Counted from the stretch's first letter, positions 28,724-39,063 are shown. The stretch is 64,000 nucleotides of DNA from Planctomycetota bacterium (GCA_965223845.1 CBDCXR010000004.1:4864001-4928000), one strand, 5' to 3'. Made by a program: numbers and translations. Notes: generated by a model not told the origin, from the sequence alone.

Positions 28724-29428
28724 TCAGCGCTCGATCGGGACCCGGCAGGCGAGGGGCGGCGTCTGCCCCGTGCGAAACCGCGGCGCTTCCGCCCGCCGTT
28801 TCTCGAGCACGTTCGCAGCGAGGAGATGATCGAGATACCAGCCGGCGAAGGTCTCGTTCGCCGCCTGAATCAAGGAGCCGTCCTTGGTCCGAGTGATCCT
28901 CCAGCGGCTACTCGGCTGAGGGTTCGCGTGGAGCGCGAGACTCCAGGCGGTGCGCGCTTCGCCTTCCTCCTCGGGGACGAACTCGGTCAAGTAGTCGAGA
29001 TACCAGTTTCGGTACCGGGTCGACTTCGCCTGAATGTACGAACCGCCCTCTGCCGACGGGACGATTCGCCAGTAGCAGTCTTCTCCCCTGGTCCGTCGCA
29101 GGTAGAGATTCCTCACGTACGGCGGCTGCTTCCCCGAAACGAAGCCCCACGACATCTGCTCGACCGGAATCGCGTCGAACGAGAGGATCGACTCATCGGC
29201 GGCGAGGTACCACCCGGCGAAGCGCCCGTTGCGCACTCGGATGAGCGAATTCTCCGGCGGACCGGTGATCCGCCACACCGATTCGGGACGCGACGCCTCG
29301 CGGAGGATCACGTTCTCGGAGAAGATGACCCGCGCGTGCTCGGTGTAATAGAGGAACCCCGCCCAGGCCGCGAGGCCGACCGCGGCGAGGCCGATCACCG
29401 AAAGCGACATCGCTCGTCGGAGTCTCAT
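28724..29428 (-). CDS. Membrane-anchored hypothetical protein with three internal WRI...WYL repeats (beta-trefoil-like)
   Basis: GGAGGTG SD before the ATG at 29428; N-terminal TM helix; three repeats. Confidence 0.65.
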   Translation of the reverse strand: MRLRRAMSLSVIGLAAVGLAAWAGFLYYTEHARVIFSENVILREASRPESVWRITGPPENSLIRVRNGRFAGWYLAADESILSFDAIPVEQMSWGFVSGKQPPYVRNLYLRRTRGEDCYWRIVPSAEGGSYIQAKSTRYRNWYLDYLTEFVPEEEGEARTAWSLALHANPQPSSRWRITRTKDGSLIQAANETFAGWYLDHLLAANVLEKRRAEAPRFRTGQTPPLACRVPIER

Positions 29429-29834
29429 AGACACCTCCATCTCGAACAGAAGCTGCGAGGATCGAACCCCACTAGCCGCCACGCCGAAACGCTGCGGGGA
29501 CGGCCCGAGGCTCGGCGAAAAGGGCTCATCGCCCTTGGCCACAGCCCCTAGACGTCCGCTCGCGACGGGTTCTTAGGCTAAATTCGGGGCTCGGACGCGG
29601 TGGGCTCGTCCAGGTTAAGGGTCGCGAATCGCATAGACCACTCCGGAACCGGAGAGCGCGTAGTCGCCTTCCCTCGACCGGAGTAGTTTGCGCACGACAC
29701 GACCATCCTTCGTGTCTAGGCAGTAGGCCGCTCTCGATCTCTTGGTGAAGAGTCGAGCACTGCACGGGTGCACGCTCGCGCCGCCGAGATCGCCCAGCGG
29801 AACGATAGCGGACTCGACCGCTCACGCGCGACCA

Positions 29835-29879
29835 TCGAGCCCGGCAATCCGCCATCGTAGTGCCGGTTACCGGGCTCGA
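29835..29879 (-). terminator. Hairpin just downstream of the DUF1579 gene
   Basis: TCGAGCCCGG / CCGGGCTCGA arms with an imperfect inner extension, 8 nt past the stop; no U tract. Confidence 0.3.
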
Positions 29880-29887
29880 CTCGACGC

Positions 29888-30598
29888 TTACTCGTTGCCG
29901 TCCTCGTCCTTCTTCTTGTTCTTTTTGTTCTTCTTGTTTTTCTTCTCGCCCGGCTTCTTCTCGCCCTTCCCAGCGGCCTTCTTGCCGCCGCCCTTCGCGC
30001 GCGTGTAGACGAACTCCATCACCTTCCGTTCGCTGCCGTCGGCAGAGACCTCGAACATCCGCATGGTGTGCGTTTTCCGCGACGTCAACTCGAGAGTCGC
30101 CTTCGTCTTCACGACGCCGTTCTTCATTTGATCGAAATGCTGACCGACGAACGTGATGACGTTTCCGCTGTCGTCGGACGTGCCCTCGCTTCGCGTAAGG
30201 TAGGTCGACATCGAATCCGCCCACGTGTAAACGTACTTCTTGAGACCCTTGTCGTATCCCTGCACGCCGATTCCGGTGAATTTCATCCCCATGATTTCGC
30301 TCGAGTACTGCTCGCGGAAGAATCTTCCGCCGAGGATTGGACGGATGACGGAAGTCGCCTGCGTCTTCATGGGGGGCGCACCGGGCGCCATATAGAACAT
30401 CCCTGCGACGTTCCACCGACCGACGCGCATTTTGAGCTTCGCGTGCTCGGGGCCGGGCTTCGTCTGCTCGAGATAGGCGGCGAACGCAGCCGCCCCGGGA
30501 TCCGCGTTCTCCTTCTCGTCTTGTGCATGGGCGAATGTACCCATCGCAACCGTCAGGCCGGCGAGACAGAGGGCTCGCATCGTGTAGAGCTTGAACAT
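29888..30598 (-). CDS. DUF1579 family protein with a signal peptide and Lys-rich tail
   Basis: PGPEHAKL...GRW, ILGGRF, GYD...KYVYTWADSMST and KVMEFVYTR; GGAGGA SD before the ATG at 30598. Confidence 0.8.
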   Translation of the reverse strand: MFKLYTMRALCLAGLTVAMGTFAHAQDEKENADPGAAAFAAYLEQTKPGPEHAKLKMRVGRWNVAGMFYMAPGAPPMKTQATSVIRPILGGRFFREQYSSEIMGMKFTGIGVQGYDKGLKKYVYTWADSMSTYLTRSEGTSDDSGNVITFVGQHFDQMKNGVVKTKATLELTSRKTHTMRMFEVSADGSERKVMEFVYTRAKGGGKKAAGKGEKKPGEKKNKKNKKNKKKDEDGNE

Positions 30599-30699
30599 GG
30601 GTTCCTCCAGTGGTTGTGAACTGACCAGATCGGACATTGTCCGTCGGTATCGGGGTAGACAACAATCAGATTGGACTGGATTGTCGATCGACTCGCCGC

Positions 30700-32211
30700 T
30701 CAGCGCGCCGGCCGCGGTGTTCGCGGAAGCGTCTGCGGCACGCGGCGCCTCGCCTTGACCGGGATCTGCTGGATGCCCTCGGGCGGAGTGCTGGCCTCGG
30801 CGATTCGTTCGCGAAGCAGTTGGGCGAGACTTCTCGCCGTCGCGGCATAGGCCGAATGATCGGCGAGGTTCTTCGTCTCCCCGGGATCGCGCGAGTGGTC
30901 GTAGAGCTCGACGCCATCGGCGCCCGCCTTCCCCCACTCGGTGTAGCGATACCGCGGTGTGCGCACACTGTAACCGGTAGCGTACTGACTGAACGCAGAG
31001 CCGCGGAGCCGAACCGATGGGTCGCGCAGCGCCGGCGAAAGGCTGAGGCCGGGGAGAATCTCCGGTGCGTCTAGCCCACAGAGCTCGGCGAGAGTTGGGT
31101 AGAGATCGACCATCTCGACCGGTGCATCCGAGCTGGCTCCGGCGGCCGGGACGCCGGGGCCCGCGATGATGAGCGGCACGCGCGTCGCGTTCTCGAACAG
31201 CGTCGTCTTTTGATAGTGACCGTGCTCTCCCATGTGATAGCCGTGATCGGAAGTGAAGACGACGATCGTCGTCTCGGCGAGACCCGTTCTCTCGAGCGCG
31301 TCGAGTATGCGTCCGAGCTGTGCGTCGGCAAACGTGATCGACGCGTAGTAGGCCTGAATCGCCTTTCGGGCGACGTCGGCGGCGAGATCGACTTGCTCGC
31401 GCTTCCGGGTCAAGGCGCGCTGTGCCGGCTCGGGGAGCGTCTCTCGGTAGCCCGCCGGCACCTTCGGGACGGCGATGGTTTCGAGCGGGTACATGTCGAA
31501 GTACTTTTTCGGTGCGACATACGGAGTGTGCGGCCGGTAGAGACCGACGGCGAGAAAGAACGGAATCTTCTCGCGGGCGTATTCTTCGAGCAGTCGAACG
31601 GCGTCGGACGCCGCAATGCCGTCGGTCTGCTCGGAGTCGGTCCCCTCCGCGGCGAGCCAGCTCAGAGTGCCGCCGAAGCTGCCGGGCCTCAGGCTGAAGA
31701 TCAGGTCCTCATCGTCCTTGTCTCGGCCGCGCGGATTGATCGTATAGTCCCACGAGAAAGGATCGTCGTGTCCGCTCGTCCCGATGTGACGCGGGACGCC
31801 GTAGTGATAGAGCTTTCCGATGCGCGTAGCAAAATAGCCCTGCCGCCGGAACATCTGCGGGAGCGTCTGAACGTTCGGAACACGTTCGCGGACGTAGACA
31901 CCGTTTCGGTGGACGAGTGTCTGGTCCGGATAGAGTCCGGTGAGAAACGACGCACGACTCGGTCCGCAGAGCGGATATTGGCAATGGGCGTTTGCGAAGC
32001 GAACTCCACGCGCGGCGAGTCGGTCGATATGAGGCGATCGCACGGTCGGATGGCCGTAGACGCCTAGGTCGCAATTGAGGTCGTCGCAGATGAGGAAAAG
32101 GACGTTTGGTTTCGACTGAGTCGGCTCTGCGTTCGATTCCGCTGCGCCGAGGAGCGTCGCCGCGACGATCGCAGTCGTGACTCGCCGGACCGCGGCTGAT
32201 GTCATCTCCAT
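30700..32211 (-). CDS. Sulfatase (iduronate-2-sulfatase/choline-sulfatase-like)
   Basis: NVLFLICDDL, CGPSRAS formylglycine motif, GKLYH, RPHTP and SDHG. Start uncertain (32205, 32211 or 32244). Confidence 0.92.
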   Translation of the reverse strand: MEMTSAAVRRVTTAIVAATLLGAAESNAEPTQSKPNVLFLICDDLNCDLGVYGHPTVRSPHIDRLAARGVRFANAHCQYPLCGPSRASFLTGLYPDQTLVHRNGVYVRERVPNVQTLPQMFRRQGYFATRIGKLYHYGVPRHIGTSGHDDPFSWDYTINPRGRDKDDEDLIFSLRPGSFGGTLSWLAAEGTDSEQTDGIAASDAVRLLEEYAREKIPFFLAVGLYRPHTPYVAPKKYFDMYPLETIAVPKVPAGYRETLPEPAQRALTRKREQVDLAADVARKAIQAYYASITFADAQLGRILDALERTGLAETTIVVFTSDHGYHMGEHGHYQKTTLFENATRVPLIIAGPGVPAAGASSDAPVEMVDLYPTLAELCGLDAPEILPGLSLSPALRDPSVRLRGSAFSQYATGYSVRTPRYRYTEWGKAGADGVELYDHSRDPGETKNLADHSAYAATARSLAQLLRERIAEASTPPEGIQQIPVKARRRVPQTLPRTPRPAR

Positions 32212-32493
32212 CGATCTCTCATGACTCTCATTTCGCCAGTTCATCGAAGACGGTTGCTGCCGGATACGGCGAGAGGCATCGTAGCGCGAGGCGAACAGTC
32301 GAAGAAGCCCGATGATCTTGCAAGTCGCGTAAATCGGGATTCCTAAATGAGAACTCGGGCGAACGCGACTCTAAACGCACACCGCGGTTCCGAGCTTGGC
32401 TGACCCCGCAAGGTCGGATATTTTGGCCGGACCAACTGCGAGCTTCCCCGAGTCACGGCCGTTCGTCCGCTGCCTTCCCAGGAGATCGTTTCC

Positions 32494-33765
32494 ATGCGCA
32501 TTTTCGCGACGCTCTCGATCGTGCTTTCTCTCTCGTCCAGCGCGCTTGCGGACAACTGGCCTCAGTGGCGCGGGCCGAACAACAACGGCGTCAGCTCGGA
32601 GGACGCCCCGAAGGAGTGGGGCAAGGAGAAGAACGTCGCTTGGCGCGTACCGCTTCCGGGCCCCGCGGGTGCGACTCCCGTCGTGTGGGGCAAGAACATC
32701 TTCCTCACTGCCGCGGACGACGCGGGCAGGCTTGTTCTTCTCTGCGTCGATACGGACGGCAACAAGCGCTGGACGAAGGTCGTTGGGTCGGGGGACAAGA
32801 CCGTTCGCGGCGACGAAGGGAACTACGCGTCGCCCTCCCCCGTAACGGACGGCGAGCACGTCTGGACGTTCATGGCGAACGGCCTCCTCGCTTGCTACGA
32901 CAACGACGGCAATCAGAAGTGGGCGGACGACCTGCAAAAGCGCTACGGCAAGTTCGAGATTCAGTTCGGCCTTTCGAGCACTCCCGTTCTCGACGGCGAT
33001 CGACTGTACTTTCAGCTCATCCACGGTAAGTGGAGCAAGACGCCGAGCCGCGGACTCGTCGTCGCGCTCGACAAGAAGACCGGCAAGGAAGTTTGGAAGC
33101 GCGAACGGAATACGGATGCCGTCGACGAGTGCAAGCACTCCTACGCCTCGCCGATCCTCTACCGCGACAAGGAGCGAGCGTTTCTCGTCACGCACGGGGC
33201 GGACTGGGCGATCGGTCACGATCTAAAGGACGGCTCGGAGATCTGGCGCTGCGGCGGACTCAATCCGAAGGACCGCTACAACAACACGCTTCGATTCGTG
33301 GCCTCTCCTGCGGCGGTCCCCGGGCTCATCGTCGTCCCGACCGCGAAGAACCGCGGCGTGGTTGCGATCGATCCCTCCGCGAAGGGGGACATCACCGAAT
33401 CGAAGAAGGCCCGGCCGTGGGCCATGACTCGAAACACGCCCGACGTCCCGTCGCCGCTGATCCACGACGGACTCGTTTACCTCTGTCGCGAGAACGGTGT
33501 CCTCATCTGCCTCGATGCCAAGACCGGCGAGGAATACTACCAGCAGCGGGCGGTGAGCGACCGCTACCGCGCGTCGCCAGTCTACGCGGGAGGAAAGATC
33601 TACCTCACCGCGCGGCGCGGAACGATCTCGGTCATCAAGGCCGGAAAGGAGTTCGAGATCCTCGCGGAGAACACGCTCGGCGAGGACATGTCGGCTTCGC
33701 CCGCGATCTCGAACGGGACACTCTATCTGCGGACGTTCGACGCGCTCTACGCGATCCGCGATTGA
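32494..33765 (+). CDS. Secreted PQQ-binding-like beta-propeller protein
   Basis: AGGAG SD; signal peptide; NWPQWRGP; repeated SPV/TPV...W blades. Confidence 0.9.
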   Translation: MRIFATLSIVLSLSSSALADNWPQWRGPNNNGVSSEDAPKEWGKEKNVAWRVPLPGPAGATPVVWGKNIFLTAADDAGRLVLLCVDTDGNKRWTKVVGSGDKTVRGDEGNYASPSPVTDGEHVWTFMANGLLACYDNDGNQKWADDLQKRYGKFEIQFGLSSTPVLDGDRLYFQLIHGKWSKTPSRGLVVALDKKTGKEVWKRERNTDAVDECKHSYASPILYRDKERAFLVTHGADWAIGHDLKDGSEIWRCGGLNPKDRYNNTLRFVASPAAVPGLIVVPTAKNRGVVAIDPSAKGDITESKKARPWAMTRNTPDVPSPLIHDGLVYLCRENGVLICLDAKTGEEYYQQRAVSDRYRASPVYAGGKIYLTARRGTISVIKAGKEFEILAENTLGEDMSASPAISNGTLYLRTFDALYAIRD

Positions 33766-33879
33766 GTCTCGACCGCTTTCGGACGTGCCGCGACGGCTCG
33801 AGCGTGCGTCTCAGAGTCGCGGCCGCGATTCATCGGCGCGCAGTGGACTGAGTCGGGACCTCGCGGCGAAGGAAGTCGA

Positions 33880-34242
33880 ATGGTACGAACCGCGCTCGAC
33901 GTGAATCGCGCGCCGATGGCGCGCCTCGCGGTCGCTTGTCTGATCGGAGGCCTCGTCGCGCCCGCACTCCTCGCGGCGTTCGGCCGCTACGAATCCGCCA
34001 TCGTCGTCGGAGTGTTCGCTCAGACGTTCGCGCTCTGGTTCGGGGTGGCGAGCAGAATGTATCGCGCCGGGCGATTCGCGGCGCTCGGGGGAGCGATTCT
34101 TCTCGTCGCGGGATTCACCGCGCTCTACCTCTACGTGCAGCACGTTCTCGAGTCGAATCCTCCGCCCGAACCGGCACCGGCAGAGTCGGAAGCCGAGCGC
34201 TCTCGGGCCGAACCGCGTGCCGCCCAGTCCTCGGAACAATGA
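33880..34242 (+). CDS. Small membrane protein, hypothetical
   Basis: Three hydrophobic segments and a Pro/Glu tail; co-oriented with its neighbours. Start uncertain. Confidence 0.55.
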   Translation: MVRTALDVNRAPMARLAVACLIGGLVAPALLAAFGRYESAIVVGVFAQTFALWFGVASRMYRAGRFAALGGAILLVAGFTALYLYVQHVLESNPPPEPAPAESEAERSRAEPRAAQSSEQ

Positions 34243-34249
34243 TTTGACG

Positions 34250-34573
34250 ATGAGTCGTTTCTCAGACCTCGAAGACGTTGAACGGGCGCGCAAAGAGTCC
34301 GGACAGGGTTACTACGAGTTTCTCCGCGCGTCGTCGCTGAGCGCCGGACTCTGGGTGCTCCCCGCGGGAAGCGTCGACGATCAGACCCCGCACCGCGAGG
34401 ACGAGGTGTACTACGTCCTCGCGGGCCGCGCGCGCATTCGCGTCGGCGAGGAGGATCGCGGCGTCCGGAAAGGATCGTGCATCTTCGTCGAGCGCGGAGT
34501 GGAGCATCACTTCCACTCGATCGAAGAGGACCTTCGGCTACTCGTCTTCTTCGCGCCCGCGTACTCGGGTTAG
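34250..34573 (+). CDS. Cupin domain protein
   Basis: QTPHREDEVYYVLAG and VEHHFHSI cupin motifs. Confidence 0.85.
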   Translation: MSRFSDLEDVERARKESGQGYYEFLRASSLSAGLWVLPAGSVDDQTPHREDEVYYVLAGRARIRVGEEDRGVRKGSCIFVERGVEHHFHSIEEDLRLLVFFAPAYSG

Positions 34574-34616
34574 CCCTGCCGACCGCGTTTCGAAGCGCCG
34601 AGATTCGACGCCGCCA

Positions 34617-36245
34617 TCAACAGCGCGGCAGCGTCTCGCACCCGAGATCGCCGGGGCTTCCGACCGGTTCCGGGTCGACCCCGCACGGTGTTTCGCCCGG
34701 CGGGCCCGGAGCCGCCGGCGGCGTTCCATCCGAGAAGAGATAGTCGAGGAGGAGAACCGCGTCGGCGAGATTCAGGCTCGCATCGTTGTTCGAGTCCGCG
34801 GCGTTTCGACACGGAAGCGTATCCTGTCCGCCGAAGAGGAACTCGAGCAAGAAGACCGCATCGACGAGGTTCAGCGCGCCGTCCGCGTTCGCGTCTCCGC
34901 GGTGGAAGATCGGACGCTCGAGCTCGCACTCGTCCGGGACTCCGTTCGCGTTCTCGTCGCGGCTCGCCTCTTTCGACGAGACGTTCAGAACGGGTTGGAG
35001 TCCCTCCTCCGTTTGAAAGACGAAGTCCGTGAGACCGTCCCCGTCGAGATCACCGAGCAGAAACGCCTCGTCCGCCGCCTCGAACGTCGTCGACTGCCGT
35101 TCGCGAAAGAACGCGTCTCCTTCATTCTCGTATAGAACCAGCGTCGCATTCTCCGCGGAAGGCATCGCGACGGCGAGATCGGCGTCTCCGTCGCCATCGA
35201 AATCGTGCGCAGCGACGTCCGGGCTGACTCCCTGGACGTCGAGTACCGACGTCACCGAGTACGCTCGCCGTCCGGTGTTTAGGGCGAGGAGGAGCGTTCC
35301 ACTCCGCGAGAGCACCAAGTCGACGTCGCCGTCGCCATCGAGATCGCTCGCGGAAACGCTCCCCGAAGGGACTTCGGGACCCGTATCGTCGAGAATCACT
35401 TCGGATTCGAAGTTGAACCCGTCGAGATTGAACGCAGCCCAGACGCAAGGGCCAGACGGAGAACCGGTGCAATAAAACACGAGGTCCAAAGCACCGTTGC
35501 CGTCCAAATCTCCAACGTCGACATCGGCTCCCCGTAGATTACGGACGACGGACGGCACAGCAGTCCAGAAACCGAACTCGCCGTTGCCACGATTGAAGAG
35601 AACGGCGACGTCCGTCGCCGTGACCAGCACTAAGTCCGCGACGCCGTCGCCGCTCAGATCCGCCGCGCGAAGCGTGCGCGGGGATCCGACTTCGACGCGG
35701 ACGGGTGAGAGCGCGGAAAACTCGCCCCCGTTCTGAAGAACGACGTGCAAGTCGGATCCGGCCGCGCCGCTCAGAGCAAACGCAAAGTCCAGATCGCCAT
35801 CGCCATCGAGGTCGGCTGCGACCGGCCCCGCGGGGACGAGACTCACGTCCGCGTCGAGCTCGACGAGAACGCGCGGCTCGCCGAGCTCACCTTCCGGCCC
35901 TGTGAGCGCGAGCTGGACGTCCGCGGGAATCACGTCGTCGCCGCTGCCCGAGCGCCGCGTGGCGAACAGGAAATCAGCCCGATCGTCGCCGTCGAAGTCA
36001 CCGACTGCCAAGTCCGTGAGATCGGGCAACAGCTGGTGTGAGCTCACTTCGGCAGCGAGGTCCCAGGCGATGTCACACTCGTCGGGCACTTGGTTGTTGT
36101 TGCAGTCCGCACTTGTCCCTTCGGCCAGATCAAGCGAGTCTTCTCGCCCGTTCCGGTTGCAGTCGGCCGCCCCGGCGCCACCGCTGGGCGACGCGACTAC
36201 CGACCCAACGAGAATCAGGGTGATCATCGAACGCCGCTTTACCAT
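34617..36245 (-). CDS. Secreted FG-GAP/VCBS-repeat protein with DCNxNGxxDxC motifs and a C-terminal dockerin-like domain
   Basis: Seven (A/G/S/H)D(L/F)xGxG repeats; DCNNNQVPDECD and DENANGVPDECE; FHRGDANADG...ADSNNDASLNLAD. GGAGG SD before the ATG at 36245. Confidence 0.85.
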   Translation of the reverse strand: MVKRRSMITLILVGSVVASPSGGAGAADCNRNGREDSLDLAEGTSADCNNNQVPDECDIAWDLAAEVSSHQLLPDLTDLAVGDFDGDDRADFLFATRRSGSGDDVIPADVQLALTGPEGELGEPRVLVELDADVSLVPAGPVAADLDGDGDLDFAFALSGAAGSDLHVVLQNGGEFSALSPVRVEVGSPRTLRAADLSGDGVADLVLVTATDVAVLFNRGNGEFGFWTAVPSVVRNLRGADVDVGDLDGNGALDLVFYCTGSPSGPCVWAAFNLDGFNFESEVILDDTGPEVPSGSVSASDLDGDGDVDLVLSRSGTLLLALNTGRRAYSVTSVLDVQGVSPDVAAHDFDGDGDADLAVAMPSAENATLVLYENEGDAFFRERQSTTFEAADEAFLLGDLDGDGLTDFVFQTEEGLQPVLNVSSKEASRDENANGVPDECELERPIFHRGDANADGALNLVDAVFLLEFLFGGQDTLPCRNAADSNNDASLNLADAVLLLDYLFSDGTPPAAPGPPGETPCGVDPEPVGSPGDLGCETLPRC

Positions 36246-36535
36246 GTTCGAACCTCCCATCGATCGCGCGAATCCGTGCCAACCGGATCGCTCCGTTTCG
36301 AATCCCATCCTCTCCCCCCACTGACGATGCAAATCCTTCTCCACTAGCCACTTGGGCGATTCGAGTTGCATCGCACCGGATCCCGAACTAGATCAACCAC
36401 TGAGAGTTGCCCAACCTCCGCGCGCGCCACCTGCCTCGATTGCGACCGCGCCTCCATGTAAGCCGCGTTTGACATCGTTCCGTCTGGGAAACAAAGTCGT
36501 TCCCGGCGACCCACTGCGGAGGAAGCCAATTCACC

Positions 36536-37639
36536 ATGCTCATCGTCGACTCTCACCTCGATCTCGCCTGGAACGCTGTTCAGTGGAACCGCGATCTCCG
36601 GCGGCCCGTCGCCGAAATCCGGGCGTCGGAACAGAGGATCACCGGTCCCGGACGCGGCGGTGGAACGGTGGCGTTCCCAGAGATGCAGCAGGGTCGCATC
36701 GTGCTCTCGTTCGCGACGCTCCTTGCACGCTCGACCGGCACGCCGCATCCGAATCTCGACTACCCGACGCAAGAGGAGGCGGCGGCGGCGGCACGCGCGC
36801 AGCTTCGTTTCTACGAAGAGCTCGAGCTCGAGACCGGGGACTCTCTCATCCGCGATCGCGCCCAACTCGACCGCCTGATCGACGAGTGGCAAGCTTGGGA
36901 GCGCAGCGTCCACGAGAGTCGTCCCTCAGCGTCCCGTCCACCTCCTTTCGGATTCGTCCTCAGCGCCGAAGGACTGGATCCCGTACGCGACCCGGGCGAA
37001 CTATCGGAGTGGCACGAACGCGGACTCCGTCTCGCGGGGCTCACACACTACGGTCCCGGAAGGTACGCGGGCGGAACGGGAACAGAGTCGGGCCTCACCG
37101 ATCTCGGACGCGAAGTCCTGAAGGAAATGAAGCGACTCGGCATCGCCCTCGATCTCACGCACTGCTCCGACGCCGCGTTCTGGGAAGCGCTCGAGCACTA
37201 CGATGGCCCCGTGCTCGCGAGCCATAACAACTGCCGTGCTCTCGTCCCGCGCCAGCGTCAGTTCAGTGACGACCAACTGCGCGCGATCATCGAGCGAGGC
37301 GGAGTGATCGGAGTCGCGTTCGACAACTGGATGCTCGACCCGGACTGGAAAATCGGCGACAGCGATCCGAACTCCGTCAAAATCGCCGACGTCATCGATC
37401 ACATCGATCACATCTGCGAGCTTGCCGGAAGCACGCGTCACGTCGGGATCGGCACGGATCTCGACGGCGGATTCGGCAAGGAGCAGTCGCCGAGCGATCT
37501 CGAATCGATCGCGGATCTGCAGAAGCTTCCCGGCCTCCTCGCGGATCGCGGCTACTCGACGAGCGACATCGAAGCGATTCTCCACCGCAACTGGATCGTG
37601 TACCTGCGCCTCCTTTGGGGAGGAGATGAAACATGCTGA
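36536..37639 (+). CDS. Membrane dipeptidase (peptidase M19)
   Basis: DSHLD, SAEG, LTHY, DLTH, ASHNN, RQFSD and GIGTDLDG. Confidence 0.9.
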   Translation: MLIVDSHLDLAWNAVQWNRDLRRPVAEIRASEQRITGPGRGGGTVAFPEMQQGRIVLSFATLLARSTGTPHPNLDYPTQEEAAAAARAQLRFYEELELETGDSLIRDRAQLDRLIDEWQAWERSVHESRPSASRPPPFGFVLSAEGLDPVRDPGELSEWHERGLRLAGLTHYGPGRYAGGTGTESGLTDLGREVLKEMKRLGIALDLTHCSDAAFWEALEHYDGPVLASHNNCRALVPRQRQFSDDQLRAIIERGGVIGVAFDNWMLDPDWKIGDSDPNSVKIADVIDHIDHICELAGSTRHVGIGTDLDGGFGKEQSPSDLESIADLQKLPGLLADRGYSTSDIEAILHRNWIVYLRLLWGGDETC

Positions 37640-39063
37640 CGACCCGAGCTCTCGTGACCGCGCTCCTCGCCCTCGCGTGGACGGCGGTCGGAGGAGCGAC
37701 CGAAAATCGAGTCCGTGCGGGCGCAGAGGTCGCCGCGAACGACGCGACCGGCGAAACGCCGCCGAGCTGGCGGGTCGGAATCGCGCGGCGCAAGATCACA
37801 CCGCGCGAGTCGATGTGGCTCTCCGGCTACGCGAGTCGCGATCGGCCATCGGAGGGAACGCTCACCGACCTGTGGGCGAAGTGCCTCGTCCTCGAGGATC
37901 CGGCGGGACGGCGCGCCGTGCTCGTCACACTCGACCTCATCGGCATCGATCGCGCGCTCTCGCTCGCGATCCGCAGCCGGATCGCTGCGCGCCACGCGCT
38001 CCGCCTCGGGCAGATCGCTCTCGCGACGTCGCACACGCACACGGGGCCGATCGTCGGCGAGAACCTCACGGCGATGTATTTCCTCGATGAGGAGGGAAAG
38101 AAACGGGTCGCGGACTACGCACGTAGTCTAGCGGAGCACATCGAAGCGGTCGTCGACGAGGCGATCAAGAGCATCGGGACGGCGCGAGTGAAGTGGACCG
38201 TCGGCACGGCGACATTCGCGGTCAACCGGCGCGAGAACCGGCCGGAGTCGCGCGTGCCGGAGTGGCGCGCGGCGGGGACGCTCAAGGGTCCCGTCGACCA
38301 CGACGTCCCGATCCTCGCCGTCGAGCGCGAGGGAAAGATCGCCGCGCTCGCCGTCGGCTACGCTTGCCACTGCACCACGCTCAGCTCGTACGAGTGGTCG
38401 GGTGATTACGCGGGATTCGCGCAACTGGAGCTCGAGACGATGTACCCCGGCTCGACCGCCCTCTTTTGGGCTGGATGCGGCGCCGACATCAATCCGCTCC
38501 CGCGCCGGTCGGTCGAGCTCGCGCGTCGCTACGGACGTGAGCTCGCGGAGGCGACGAAATCCGCGCTCGACGGCTCGGTGCGCAGCATCGCGGGCGATCT
38601 TCGGACACGCTATGCGGAGATCGACCTCGCGTTCGCCGAGATTCCTTCCGCCGAAGTGCTCCGCGCGCGGCTCGACGCCGAGAACCGCTACGAAGCCGCA
38701 CGGGCGCGCTACCTCCTTCGCGAGATCGAGCGGCGCGGGCGCATCGCCCCGTCCTATCCCTATCCGATTCAGACGTGGCGCCTCGGCGACGGGCCGAGCC
38801 TGGTCTTTCTCGGCGGCGAGGTCGTCGTCGACTACGCTCTTCGCCTCAAACGAGAGCTCGGTGGAAACCACCACTGGATCGCGGCGTACACGAACGATGT
38901 GATGGCGTACATCCCGTCGCGCCGCGTGCTCGCCGAGGGTGGTTACGAGGGAGGCGGCGCGATGGTCTACTACGGCCTGCCGTCGCCGTGGGACGAATCG
39001 GTCGAGGAGCGGATCGTCGCCGAAGTGCTCCGCCAGATGAACGCGACCGAGCGCGTTCGCTGA
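37633..39063 (+). CDS. Secreted neutral/alkaline ceramidase N-terminal-domain-like hydrolase
   Basis: ITP..SMWLSGYASR, SHTHTGP, VNRR, YACHCT, GCGADINP and GGYEG. Confidence 0.8.
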   Translation: MLTTRALVTALLALAWTAVGGATENRVRAGAEVAANDATGETPPSWRVGIARRKITPRESMWLSGYASRDRPSEGTLTDLWAKCLVLEDPAGRRAVLVTLDLIGIDRALSLAIRSRIAARHALRLGQIALATSHTHTGPIVGENLTAMYFLDEEGKKRVADYARSLAEHIEAVVDEAIKSIGTARVKWTVGTATFAVNRRENRPESRVPEWRAAGTLKGPVDHDVPILAVEREGKIAALAVGYACHCTTLSSYEWSGDYAGFAQLELETMYPGSTALFWAGCGADINPLPRRSVELARRYGRELAEATKSALDGSVRSIAGDLRTRYAEIDLAFAEIPSAEVLRARLDAENRYEAARARYLLREIERRGRIAPSYPYPIQTWRLGDGPSLVFLGGEVVVDYALRLKRELGGNHHWIAAYTNDVMAYIPSRRVLAEGGYEGGGAMVYYGLPSPWDESVEERIVAEVLRQMNATERVR

